Shown here: positions 21,240-31,354 of the stretch, piece by piece | How the letters are laid out: every line of letters begins with the position of its first letter | Position numbering within the stretch: position 1 is the first letter of the stretch | Origin: a virus | IMG/VR virus record: IMGVR_UViG_3300044796_000159 | DNA: 64,000 bases | Reading direction: 5' to 3' (one strand) | Made by a program: the position numbers and the translations under genes | The notes under the pieces: generated by a model | Seen by the model: only the letters and a program-made list of their open reading frames with translations | The model's database searches: none | Told to the model about the DNA's origin: nothing

Positions 21240-22186
21240 TATTCTCTTTGCTTATCCAAATTTCTTGAAATTGTATAAGGTCTTCCTTTGTAGTTCAAAA
21301 TAATTTTTCCATTATTGAACCATTCTAATTCAATTGGATTCTTAAGGCTAACCATTCCTAGCGATAATTTTCCACCATTAGAACTTGTTTCTATGTCGGC
21401 ATCTCTTATTGTTTGACCAATAAGACATTTGACTAATAAAGCCTCTTCGGCAGAATGATTTTTTGTTAAAGCGTTGTCAAGATTAGTTTCTTGGTCGTCC
21501 GAAGTGGTTTCGACTGCGCTTTCTTCGTTATCTTTTTTTTTTAAATCTTCTTCTTTAAGATTTTTGCCTTTTATTTTCTTTCCTGCTGTTAATGTAGGTC
21601 CATTAGAAACAGAAGTTAAAATATTTAACAAATCTCCAATTTGACGCTTTTGATTGGCGTCTACTTTAGCAAGTCCAAGACCAGCTTCTAATGCGCCTCT
21701 TAATTGAGCGACATTTTGTCCTTGTGATTTCAACATATCTCCAAGTGTCGCAATAGAAGTTTGATAATTTAACATTTGTCCATTTGCCAATTGAGAGATT
21801 TTATCATTCAATGGTAATTGAGAAAATGCTTGTTGTTGTTGCTGTGGAGTTTGCTGCACAGGTTGTTGTTGGGCTTGGCCTTGCGGTGCTTGCTGGGCTG
21901 GTTGTGCCTGTGTCTGGCCTCCAATAGGATTTGGTTGGTCATTACCGACAGGCGAAGGACCACCAAAAGCTCCAGCGGGAGCCTCTAATAGGAATTGCTT
22001 TCTTTTGGTATTGACTTCTGTAATTTGAAAGTTATTCTTTCCTTCTCTAACAACATTCCATAAAGTTTTACCACCTAAATTTGTTTTTATTAAAACAGAA
22101 TTAGATTTAGGATTTTTTAAAAAGTGCTCCTTTATTTTTTTTGTTAAAAGATGCTTTTTCATTAAGTCTTTATTGTTCAGTTTCAT
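21239..22186 (-). CDS. Gln-rich hypothetical protein of head module
   Basis: 315 aa intact ORF with Q/P-rich region. Confidence 0.55.
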   Translation of the reverse strand: MKLNNKDLMKKHLLTKKIKEHFLKNPKSNSVLIKTNLGGKTLWNVVREGKNNFQITEVNTKRKQFLLEAPAGAFGGPSPVGNDQPNPIGGQTQAQPAQQAPQGQAQQQPVQQTPQQQQQAFSQLPLNDKISQLANGQMLNYQTSIATLGDMLKSQGQNVAQLRGALEAGLGLAKVDANQKRQIGDLLNILTSVSNGPTLTAGKKIKGKNLKEEDLKKKDNEESAVETTSDDQETNLDNALTKNHSAEEALLVKCLIGQTIRDADIETSSNGGKLSLGMVSLKNPIELEWFNNGKIILNYKGRPYTISRNLDKQRE

Positions 22187-22190
22187 ATTA

Positions 22191-22663
22191 TTAAATCACC
22201 TCTCTTTTATTTAAAAGAACAATATTTGACTTTTCCATAGGTAAAACTTTATGGTTTTTAATGTAGTCAATGGATTTTTGTAAAATATCAATATTTTCTT
22301 TTGCATATCCAATTAATGAATTACAAGAATTACAAAGTAAATCTCTAATTTTTCCGTGTTTCATGATTATGGTCTATGACTAATCCTTTTTTTCCGGTGC
22401 CCATTTTTACAAGCATCTACTTCATCGATATTGCAAATTTTACATTTATGATTTTGGTCTTTAAGCATTTGGTTATATTTTTCAAGACTTATTCCATATT
22501 TCTTTTTTATATTATATTTAAATTTACTTAATCTATTTTCTTTTGTATCATTAAGTTTTTTCGCACAAACTTTACAATAATGAGAAAGCCCATCCTTTTC
22601 AGTTTTGTTTTTACCAAACTCAGGTTTGACTTGCTTACATTTTTTATTTGAACATTTTTTCAT
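22191..22663 (-). CDS. Endonuclease VII-like (HNH) endonuclease, +1 shifts at CGG 22394-22396 and 22354-22356
   Basis: ...KYGISLEKYNQMLKDQNHKCKICNIDEVDACKNGH|GKKGLVIDHNHET|GKIRDLLCNSCNSLIGYAKENIDILQKSIDYIKNHK...; 473 nt minus 2 = 157 codons. Confidence 0.85.
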
Positions 22664-22664
22664 A

Positions 22665-23087
22665 TTATATAAACTTACTGTAATCGCGATACAAGCCCGT
22701 TTGTTTAAGTTTCTCTTCGCTGACTAATTCTGGATTCTCATTTGCGGCAGAAGAAGCAACCTGCGCAACTGTTCTTGGGTCTACTGTAGAATAAATATTT
22801 TTCCATTCATCTTCAGATATTCCCATTCTCTTCTTCAATGCTTCTTTCTCTTTTTGTTTCGCCGCTTCTCTGTCTTCAACACTTTCTGTCACGACACGTC
22901 TTGCAGCAGGTGCTGGAGCGGTTTGCTCTTGAATTGGTCTTGACACCTTCTGTACAACAGTATTAACGAAGGTTTGCTCCTTCACAACATTTTTTACAAT
23001 ACTTTCTAAATGCATCTCTGCAAATATTTCCAATAAGCTTTCTCTTACTATCTCTTTTATTGTATTTTTTAATTCTTTCTTATCCAT
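22665..23087 (-). CDS. Hypothetical protein
   Basis: 140 aa intact ORF. Confidence 0.5.
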   Translation of the reverse strand: MDKKELKNTIKEIVRESLLEIFAEMHLESIVKNVVKEQTFVNTVVQKVSRPIQEQTAPAPAARRVVTESVEDREAAKQKEKEALKKRMGISEDEWKNIYSTVDPRTVAQVASSAANENPELVSEEKLKQTGLYRDYSKFI

Positions 23088-23098
23088 TACTCTATCCT

Positions 23099-23521
23099 TT
23101 AAGCTCCATTCATGTGTATATGACAGACTACCGCTGCATTAGAGCCAGTCGTTACACAACGAACATATCTTCTTGAGTTATTAATCACTTGCAAAGAAAC
23201 CATAGTGCCTGATGCTACAGCTCCGAAAGAACTTGATATTGTTTCCCAATTGATATTATCTGGAGAATATTGAACTGAACCGTTTTGGAATGTTCCAGAA
23301 TTATTTATAATACTAATTGTAAAATTAGGAAAATTCGCAACGTGCGTCGCAGACAAAATTAACGTAGATGATATAGCAATACACGAAGTTGAAAAGAAAA
23401 GGAAATCGTTAGCAGCAATAACTCCCAACGGGCCTTGAAAACTTTGTTGCGGTTTTGAGCCCCAAACGCCAGGGTAATTGTAACTGGCACTTGGATTGAA
23501 ACTACTTGATATAATTGCCAT
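23099..23521 (-). CDS. Hypothetical virion protein
   Basis: 140 aa intact ORF, beta-rich. Confidence 0.5.
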   Translation of the reverse strand: MAIISSSFNPSASYNYPGVWGSKPQQSFQGPLGVIAANDFLFFSTSCIAISSTLILSATHVANFPNFTISIINNSGTFQNGSVQYSPDNINWETISSSFGAVASGTMVSLQVINNSRRYVRCVTTGSNAAVVCHIHMNGA

Positions 23522-23522
23522 T

Positions 23523-24122
23523 TTACTTACCTCTTAAAATTTCATCTAATATTCTATTTACTATAACATTTTTTGGAGCAATCTTTCTCATATCGCCCAA
23601 AGACAAATCTTTACTTTCTGAAAGGAACGCACCGTGAGTACTTGGGTCGCCGACCAAATCCCAACAAATCAAAGTAAAGTTTTCGCCAACGACATCATCG
23701 CCGCTATCATTTTTTAACGTATCGCCTACGCCACGAGAACTAATACCAACTTTAACGCCAGCTTCTAATAGTTCTTGAGCAATTTTACCCATTGGAGTAT
23801 TAATAATTTCAACGGCGCCATAAACGTCATTTCCTTCCCAATGGATTTCTCTGATAATATGACTTACCTTTTGCAATTCAATTACAGAATTATCAATATG
23901 GTCCAATTGCCCAGTAGAACGACCGGCTGGAATCAATTTTGAATAGTTTTCAACTTCACGTTCAAGAACTTTTCTTGGATAAATGCGTCCATTTTGATTC
24001 TTAGCGTTCGCGCGCTGTAAAAGAGTACGTCTCAAAATGATGGGTTGCCCCTTTTCTCTCATTTCTTTGATGATATTTCTATCGCACTCTAAATCTATTC
24101 TTTCTCTAAGTAATTTACTCAC
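23523..24122 (-). CDS. Prohead core protease (T4 gp21-like)
   Basis: NGRIYPRKVLEREVENY...GRSTGQLDH...VEIINTPMGKIAQELLEAGVKVGISSRGVG...LICWDLVGDPSTHGAFL. Confidence 0.88.
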   Translation of the reverse strand: MSKLLRERIDLECDRNIIKEMREKGQPIILRRTLLQRANAKNQNGRIYPRKVLEREVENYSKLIPAGRSTGQLDHIDNSVIELQKVSHIIREIHWEGNDVYGAVEIINTPMGKIAQELLEAGVKVGISSRGVGDTLKNDSGDDVVGENFTLICWDLVGDPSTHGAFLSESKDLSLGDMRKIAPKNVIVNRILDEILRGK

Positions 24123-24140
24123 TTAATTATCCTCTAAAAC

Positions 24141-24395
24141 TTACTTAATGTTAAACCATTCTTTAAGTTTGTATTTTTTAACCCAATCTTCTTTTGCAGG
24201 TGGTTCTACATCATTCCAAGGTTCTTCCTTAGCTTTGACATCTTTGACTGCTTTTGCATCCTTAAACTCTTCTTCAACAATGGTTCTTACATCTTCCATG
24301 GTTAATTTCTTTGTATCAAGGTTTGAAGTTGGCATTCTTACTTCCTTCAACTTATTTGATGCAATTATTTGTGCTAATACCTTATATGCGCTCAT
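24141..24395 (-). CDS. Hypothetical small head-module protein
   Basis: 84 aa ORF. Confidence 0.45.
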   Translation of the reverse strand: MSAYKVLAQIIASNKLKEVRMPTSNLDTKKLTMEDVRTIVEEEFKDAKAVKDVKAKEEPWNDVEPPAKEDWVKKYKLKEWFNIK

Positions 24396-24406
24396 TTTAA
24401 ATCCTC

Positions 24407-25480
24407 TTATTTGATTTCTTTATACTTGCTCTTGACAAGACTTCTTAACATAACTAACTGTAATGGTTCCATTTTAGACAATATTTCATCTAAGCTAGCT
24501 TGTATACTAGATAAATAATCATCTCTCTTTTCCGTGCTGATACTCAAATCATTCATTTCGTCCAAAATAGTTTCTTGGCAATACATCAAATTTGCACGCA
24601 AATATTTAGTCTCGTCATCTAAATTAGCATTCAATTGATTTTTAACTTCATCTGAAAACTTAATTAGAGGTTTGTTGCCATCGATTTTAACAGAAAAGGT
24701 ATATTTCTTTCCAGTCTCTAAAACTCCAACGTCAAAATTCAACATTAAGTCACCCATTTCATCTTGGTCTGCTTTCTTTTGTTCGACTTGAAATTTTCCT
24801 GTTTGTTCAAGATAATTTTTGATTTCTTGAACTGCTTTTGCTAACGTTCCAACTTCAGACTTTGCCACGTCATGCAGGATTTGCTTGAGTTTAGGGTCGG
24901 ACATAACTGTTTGTTTTGACAGTTTTTGCAAAAACGAATCCCACTCTTGACTTTCTTTTGATAAAGGACTTTGTTCAAAAACGTAATGAAGAGCACTTTC
25001 TTGCAAAACCTGTGTAAGGTTTTTCATAAGCATTTTTTTAAAAGTTTCTTTAGATTCGGTTTTAGCTTTTGGTGCCGTAAATGCTCCGTGAGCGACTTTT
25101 GCGCCTGGAGCTAATTCTGACTTCTTTGAAAGTTTAACTTTTCCTATTTTCTTTTTGCTTTTTTGCTTTGTGCTATTCTTTTTTTGAAGTCTTGATTGTC
25201 TTTGAAATTTCCAAGCGTCAGCACGTTTTGCATACGTACCTTTTTCAACGCCAGTCTTATCATCATATACAACCCAATTTTCACCGCGCTTTTTAACTGT
25301 TTCAGGCAAGTTTTCACCGCGAGCTTCAGCAAAAGCAATTAAGTCTTCGAATAATTCTGAAGAAATATGTTGTTTTTTAGGTTTCTCTGGGTCATATTCG
25401 GAGCCGCCAAGTGGTCCTAAAAACCCCTTGACCATGCCGCCGCCCATTGACGAACCTTCTTTTTTTGGTTTAGGTGCCAT
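24407..25480 (-). CDS. Hypothetical head-module protein
   Basis: 357 aa intact ORF. Confidence 0.55.
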   Translation of the reverse strand: MAPKPKKEGSSMGGGMVKGFLGPLGGSEYDPEKPKKQHISSELFEDLIAFAEARGENLPETVKKRGENWVVYDDKTGVEKGTYAKRADAWKFQRQSRLQKKNSTKQKSKKKIGKVKLSKKSELAPGAKVAHGAFTAPKAKTESKETFKKMLMKNLTQVLQESALHYVFEQSPLSKESQEWDSFLQKLSKQTVMSDPKLKQILHDVAKSEVGTLAKAVQEIKNYLEQTGKFQVEQKKADQDEMGDLMLNFDVGVLETGKKYTFSVKIDGNKPLIKFSDEVKNQLNANLDDETKYLRANLMYCQETILDEMNDLSISTEKRDDYLSSIQASLDEILSKMEPLQLVMLRSLVKSKYKEIK

Positions 25481-26283
25481 TAGACAGAGACCTCGTCAAC
25501 GAGCTGTAAATACTGCATGAATTTAAGAACGCCTTGTTCTGTAATTGTTACAGCATTTACATTTTTAACTTCTTCGATAACTTTCTTAATTTTTTTAGAA
25601 ATTTCTTTATCTTCTCTTAAATCTTTATCTTGTATATTTGATAGTTTTTTACTAATTTCAATTCTTTGTTCGATAATAAAATTTTGAAATTCGGTTTTAT
25701 CTTTAACGTTGTCATTCATTAAAGAAGATACATACTTAATCAATAATTTCTTTTGTCCTTCAGTTAAGGTATTTTCATACTTTTTATGAAATTTATTGAC
25801 AATTATTTTATATAATGCATTATTATAGTTTTTATCAACAGAAATCTTATTAGGATTTTCTTGTATTAATAATCTTTCAACAAGATTATCTTTCAATTTT
25901 ATTTTATCGATTTCAGATATCTTTTGATTTTTTGCGCCCCTACTTTCATTAAATAAAGTTTGGAGAGTGGCATAATCAACATATTTGGGAATTCTATATT
26001 CGTATACTTTTTGTCCCAAAGTATGATTTATATCTTTTATAAGCTTGCCTTTTTCTTCTTCTAGTAAGCGAGGATTAATATTTTTAACAGAAGAACATGC
26101 AGCATCTATAATCTTACTCATAGATTCTCTAGATTTTACTTTTGCAGAAAGGACGGCGCTAAATAGATTAGCTTCCATTTTTAAGGCAGAGTTGTCAGAA
26201 AAGTATTTTTTGGAAATACCCAAAGTCTTTTCAGCTTCTTCTTTCTTGTTCTCTATTAAACACTTAGAAATGTGTCTAATCAA
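25480..26283 (-). CDS. Hypothetical helical protein, N-terminus uncertain
   Basis: 267 aa ORF; frame stays open upstream to an in-frame TAA after MPLRKE (ATG at 26340). Confidence 0.55.
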   Translation of the reverse strand: MIRHISKCLIENKKEEAEKTLGISKKYFSDNSALKMEANLFSAVLSAKVKSRESMSKIIDAACSSVKNINPRLLEEEKGKLIKDINHTLGQKVYEYRIPKYVDYATLQTLFNESRGAKNQKISEIDKIKLKDNLVERLLIQENPNKISVDKNYNNALYKIIVNKFHKKYENTLTEGQKKLLIKYVSSLMNDNVKDKTEFQNFIIEQRIEISKKLSNIQDKDLREDKEISKKIKKVIEEVKNVNAVTITEQGVLKFMQYLQLVDEVSV

Positions 26284-26393
26284 AAATTCATAGATAAGTC
26301 CGTGAATTTCTTTTTTTGTTTACTCTTTTCTTAAAGGCATTAGCCATATAGCAACCTCTATTTTAAATTAATCCATATATAAATATACAAATG

Positions 26394-28283
26394 TTAATCT
26401 GAAATGATTTTAGATTTTGGTAATAGCTGAGAAATGCTTTCTATTTCTTCTGCAAATCTTCTCATTTGTCTAACTTTACCATCATAATTTTCCTGTTCTT
26501 TATTTAAAGGGTCAGTTTCTTCACCGAATGGAGCACCAACGCCTCTTAAAAGTTCTGAATGATTTCTTTTAACGTCCATTGCTGTTTTCTTTGTATTGAA
26601 AGCATATTTACGCAAATCAGGAAGTTTTTCTATTTTGTGATTATTACCGTGTAATGGATGTAACATTTCATTGGGAGCACCCGCCTGCTTATAAGGGTCT
26701 CTACCAGAGGTTATAGGCCCCATGGTAGGCATTCCTGGCTCGCCGGGTGGCGGTGGCAGGCCAGCTTGTGGAGCGGCCGGTAAAGCCCCTCCAGCGCCTC
26801 CAACAGGCTGTTGGCCCATTTGCTGTTGTTGATTTGGGTCCATCATAGGCATTTCAGAAGCCGGTAATTGAACCGAATCAATCTTAAGCTGTTCCAATTT
26901 ATCTTTCTTAAGACCTTCTTCAATGGCTTCAATTTCTTCATCTGAAACTTTAAAGATGTTCTTGTAAACAAAGTATCTATCAAATGTTCCTTGTTGAGCC
27001 ATTCCTGCAACTTCAAACTTCGTTCTCCACAATTCCAAACTTTGCAGTTCAGCAATAACAGATGGAGTACTCATCTTAATATTGAAATTAAGTAAATCTT
27101 CACCTCTAAAGCCCATTGAGAACAAATGAATAATTGCAACTTTATTAAGCTCTGAAATTAAAACTCTTTGAATCTTATGAATTGTGCGAGCGAATCTTGC
27201 ATCAATTTGAGATAAGGTAGCTTTATTGCCAAGACCATCATCATAACCAAGATATGCTTTTGGAATCTTTAATGCCGCGAAAAGCTTATCTCTAATGTAA
27301 TTTAAGTCTTCAATGTCACCAGTAAACTGTCCACCGGGTAATGTATCAATTCTAGTGCCGTCGCCTTCACCACGAATTGGAACGAAATAATCTTCGAGCG
27401 AATTCATTGGATTCATTCTTAAATCAACTCTTCCATTGCCGTCAGCAATTTGATTTCTTTTAAGTTGTGTCTTTGCTTTTTCCATAAACGTTGGTACGTC
27501 TTGTGGAGCGATATTACCAACTCCAATATAGAATACTCTTCTTTCTGGAGAACGAACCATACGATAAACCATGATGGCATCTTCCATCAAAGTAAGTTGT
27601 CTAAATACGCGTCTAGCTGGTTCAATCATTGAAGAACCATAAGGCCAAAACTGGTCATTACCTGGCATTCTAAAATGCAATACTTGCCATTTTTCTAAGC
27701 TTCTATTACCTTGGGTAATCCAACGATATCTAGTAGCAAGAGGGTCATCTTTGTCATAACCGTGGTCAACTTCAATTTCATTGACTGGTAATGGAAATAA
27801 TCCCAAAACACCGAAGTCAGGGTGGTGGTCAATCATCAAAAATTGGTCACCGTATTTGCAAAGGTTTCTAATCCAAGTCATTGCATCGAATTCGATATTT
27901 AAAACGTCTTGAAAAAGTTCACTTAGGGCATTTTTAATCTTGACATTTTCTGAGGAAACTTTTATGATTCTTCCTTGTTCGTCTTTGGCGCAGGTTTCCT
28001 CAGAAAATAAATCTAAAGCGGCGGCAATTAATGCTTCGCTTTCCATTTCCTGATAGCCTGAATATCTAGCCAAACGATTGTATTGGCCGTAAGAACTCAT
28101 CATGTTTGAATACATGGAGTTAGTATCTTTCATGAAGGCGCGCGCAGTACCAACTGGATAACCTGTCTGGCCGGGTGCTGAAATCTTAGCTGAAACTCTT
28201 TGTCTAAAAACGTTGCCCGTTTTAAACAAATTTGTAAGCTGCTTATAATAAGCTCTTAAATCAAAATTTTCATTTTCTGCCAT
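26394..28283 (-). CDS. Portal protein (T4 gp20-like)
   Basis: YQEMESEALIAAALDLFSEETCAKDEQGRIIKV...DHGYDKDDPLATRYRWITQGN...IPKAYLGYDDGLGNKATLSQIDARFARTIHKIQRVLISELNKVAIIHL. Confidence 0.92.
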   Translation of the reverse strand: MAENENFDLRAYYKQLTNLFKTGNVFRQRVSAKISAPGQTGYPVGTARAFMKDTNSMYSNMMSSYGQYNRLARYSGYQEMESEALIAAALDLFSEETCAKDEQGRIIKVSSENVKIKNALSELFQDVLNIEFDAMTWIRNLCKYGDQFLMIDHHPDFGVLGLFPLPVNEIEVDHGYDKDDPLATRYRWITQGNRSLEKWQVLHFRMPGNDQFWPYGSSMIEPARRVFRQLTLMEDAIMVYRMVRSPERRVFYIGVGNIAPQDVPTFMEKAKTQLKRNQIADGNGRVDLRMNPMNSLEDYFVPIRGEGDGTRIDTLPGGQFTGDIEDLNYIRDKLFAALKIPKAYLGYDDGLGNKATLSQIDARFARTIHKIQRVLISELNKVAIIHLFSMGFRGEDLLNFNIKMSTPSVIAELQSLELWRTKFEVAGMAQQGTFDRYFVYKNIFKVSDEEIEAIEEGLKKDKLEQLKIDSVQLPASEMPMMDPNQQQQMGQQPVGGAGGALPAAPQAGLPPPPGEPGMPTMGPITSGRDPYKQAGAPNEMLHPLHGNNHKIEKLPDLRKYAFNTKKTAMDVKRNHSELLRGVGAPFGEETDPLNKEQENYDGKVRQMRRFAEEIESISQLLPKSKIISD

Positions 28284-28292
28284 AATATTTTA

Positions 28293-29995
28293 TTATCCCT
28301 TGCCTATAGGTGAATCATATAGCCAATCTAAATTTTCTTCGCGACCATCCGCCATAATTATCTTATTTTGTTCGGCGACGTGTTCCTGAATGATTCCTCT
28401 CGCACTGAAATCACTACTAAAGCCGCGTACATTTTTTATTGAAGCTTCTTCAGTGCTCATTGAGGCAATCATTGCCTTAGTCATTTCATCGCTCTTGTAA
28501 CTGAATAAGAATGCTTCTTCTCTAATCCAAATACCGGCCGCCAAAGACATAACTAAATCGTCATTATATCCTCTTAGAGCTTCTGGGCGGCCTCCCTCTT
28601 TCATAACGAAAGTTTTTAATTCTTCAACTGTTCTACTGCTATTAATTTTTATATCGTGCGTTCTCACATATTGTTCTAATTTTGCAAGCATAGGAAGTCT
28701 ATTTGCTGAAGTTATTGAATAGCCTGGCAAATAATCATTTCTATACATAGCATAATATGGGTCAACAAGTGTGGTATCTTTATCTTTTGATTTTCTTCTT
28801 CTTGAATAGTATATAAATGGAAATTGAGCTTCTTCCATCTTTAAGATGGCTTGTCCAGACCAACCGCTATTATTTTCAGGCGCGACAGTTGCGTTATTGT
28901 ACATCTTTGACACGTCCATCAATAAAAGACCTAATTTATCAGGTCTAATTTTTCCTTTATACTCTGCAACTTGCTCTATAGGAGAAACGTCTAATCTAAT
29001 AACGTGAAATGCAGAATAGTCTTCTGCATCGCCTCTACTAACATCGCTTGTGATTAGATAAGCACCGTTTGATTCCGGTCCTTTCCACATCCAAAAATTC
29101 TTATCAAACTCATATCTATTCATATGAGGAACGCATTGTCTTTCTAGTCTTCCGATATCTTCGTGATAAATAAACGTATCACCAGAAGCGTTAAATTCTG
29201 CTAAGAATTCCTGGTTTATTTCACGAGGAGATTTGTCACCAGTTTCCGCTTTGAACCAAGTTAAATTATGTTCAGGATGTACCCACCAAGGAAACTTTTC
29301 ATCTGTCATTTCGAGAGGATTGTCAGGATTTACATAATGTCCGTATTTAGTATTAAATCCATTTTCGTTATTTCTTGCGCCTTCAAATAATTTATGAAAA
29401 ATATTACCAGTTCCATTAGGTGAAGACATGATAATAACAGAACCACCCGTTGAAATAGTTGGTGCAGTACCAGTCCAAATTTCTTCAAAGTTTTCAATAT
29501 GCGCGGCTTCATCGATAATCAACAAAGATACTGATTCAGAACGACCGGCGTCAGCAGATGTCGTAATAGCTTTAACGCGAGAACCATTTTCAAATTCTAC
29601 AGAGTTTCTATTATCTACTTTAATCTTTGCAATATCCAAAATCCATTTTGGAATGTATTTAAAAACCGTCTTAATAGAACGAATCATGTTCTTTGCAGTT
29701 TCTTGCTTTGTCGCAAGAATAAGAACGTTCTTGTCTCTATGAAATAAAACGAACCAAGCTACATAAGCAGCCGTAATCGTTGACATTCCGTAACTGACGG
29801 GCTTTAACTATAATGTTTTTTCTGTGTTGGATATAGCCATTAATAATATCCTCTTGATAAGGATATAATTTTAACGGAAGAAGGCCGCGAGTAGGATGTT
29901 GAACTTTAGCATAATGTGTAATAAAGTATATTGGGTCTTTACCGACATCTTATTAGCTCTTTAACAAGTTCTGTTTTAGTTTTAGCTTCTGACAT
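28293..29995 (-). CDS. Terminase large subunit (T4 gp17-like), +1 shifts at CGG 29942-29944 and 29788-29790
   Basis: MSEAKTKTELVKELIRC|GKDPIYFITHYAKVQHPTRGLLPLKLYPYQEDIINGYIQHRKNIIVKARQL|GMSTITAAYVAWFVLF...VSLLIIDEAAHIE...; 1703 nt minus 2 = 567 codons. The second shift lies inside the Walker A-like ARQLGMST. Confidence 0.92.
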
Positions 29996-30004
29996 TTCAA
30001 GGTT

Positions 30005-30484
30005 TTATAATCCCAATTGATAAGTTATGAAATCTCTAACAATAAATTTACAAATAGGATTTCCATGATAACCATTTCTAGAAGAGCCAACCATCCAAGA
30101 GGTATCAGCTTGTAACACTGAATATTTCTCGACTTGTTGTTCTTCTTTGATTTTCTTTAATTCTAAATCTTTGCCGGTCATTTTCTTAAATCTTTTCTTG
30201 AGTTCTTTTTCAACTTCTTTAAGAAACGCCTTGCCTCTTGGGCCTTCATCTTTTTGAATTGTTTCTACGGTTCCAGTAACAATTTTATGAGCTACAAGAG
30301 AAACTGTATCGCCTACAGCCTTCATGGTAACGCCTTCAACATCTGCCAATGCCTTATTCCAGGTATGAGTGCTGTTTCTGTCAAATTTTAAATCTTGAAA
30401 GCATTGCGCTAAAGATGATAGGGCGTCTTTCTTTTGTTGATATTGTTGGTCTTCGTATGCTTCTATTTTCTTTTTTGGTGCCAT
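30005..30484 (-). CDS. Hypothetical protein
   Basis: 159 aa intact ORF. Confidence 0.55.
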   Translation of the reverse strand: MAPKKKIEAYEDQQYQQKKDALSSLAQCFQDLKFDRNSTHTWNKALADVEGVTMKAVGDTVSLVAHKIVTGTVETIQKDEGPRGKAFLKEVEKELKKRFKKMTGKDLELKKIKEEQQVEKYSVLQADTSWMVGSSRNGYHGNPICKFIVRDFITYQLGL

Positions 30485-30545
30485 TGTTGTTATTAAACCT
30501 CTATTCCTATAAATACTAAACTCTATATACTATTGTATAATTTTA

Positions 30546-30824
30546 TTAATAGCCGCGCTCTTTAAGCCTATCTCTGTAAAAGTTAACATCTATTAAAGGA
30601 TTAGTTCTATCTTCAACCAACATTACATAGCAATGCTTGCAAATACCATATGTTAACATATAACTATCATCAATTGTACCAGTGGGTCTATTGCATTCTT
30701 CATAAGGACAGAAAAAAGGCAATTTGTGTTCATGTTTTGCTTTTTTATCAATCTTAGACCAGTATCCATCATTATCGCTTGGGCCGCAAGAAACCCAAAC
30801 ATATCCTTCTTTAGGTTCTTTCAT
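30546..30824 (-). CDS. Small Cys-rich protein (putative zinc-binding)
   Basis: FFCPYEECNRP...YGICKHC. Confidence 0.5.
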   Translation of the reverse strand: MKEPKEGYVWVSCGPSDNDGYWSKIDKKAKHEHKLPFFCPYEECNRPTGTIDDSYMLTYGICKHCYVMLVEDRTNPLIDVNFYRDRLKERGY

Positions 30825-31353
30825 TTAGCCTTCTTGAATAATGAACGCTTTGTTCCTGTTTTTGCCAAAGATATCTTTTGACATACCTCTAAAGAGCGTT
30901 TTTGTCCTTTGTTAGATAAAGATAATTTTTTACAATGTTCTTCTGTTCTTGGTGGTTTTTTCCTTCCTTTCATTGTCAAGGAGCGTTTATTGATTGTTTC
31001 TTTTGATTGTTTTTTTCCGGGTATTTGCGATGGAAATCTTTTTTCTACTCTCAGGATTGTTCATTGGGTTATTTTCGCCACCTAATGAACAATTTAAACC
31101 TTCTGGTCCAAATGCATCAAAATCAATAATCGCAGATGTTTCCATAAAATTAAGATGTTTTTCATTTTCTATTGGGATAAAAACCAATATATGCTTATCG
31201 AATCCGATGTTCTTTTAAAGAATTATAAATACCAGGTTGCGATTTACAACGATAATTTCTATATTTTTCAATTCTTTTTGTTAAATCAATAGTTTGACCA
31301 ACATAATAATGTTTGTTGGGATTTTCAAGAATGTAAATACCTTGCTGTTTCAT
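30821..31353 (-). CDS. GIY-YIG homing endonuclease with NUMOD3-like repeats, +1 shifts at CGG 31204-31206 and 31017-31019
   Basis: MKQQGIYILENPNKHYYVGQTIDLTKRIEKYRNYRCKSQPGIYNSLKEH|GFDKHILVFIPIENEKHLNFMETSAIIDFDAFGPEGLNCSLGGENNPMNNPESRKKISIANT|GKKQSKETINKRSLTMKGRKKPPRTEEHCKKLSLSNKGQKRSLEVCQKISLAKTGTKRSLFKKAK*; 533 nt minus 2 = 177 codons. Confidence 0.9.
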
Positions 31354-31354
31354 A

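Noticed and set aside
28293-31353. Self-splicing intron or intein explaining the broken terminase/endonuclease genes
   Set aside because: The breaks are single-nucleotide; no intervening sequence is present at the junctions.
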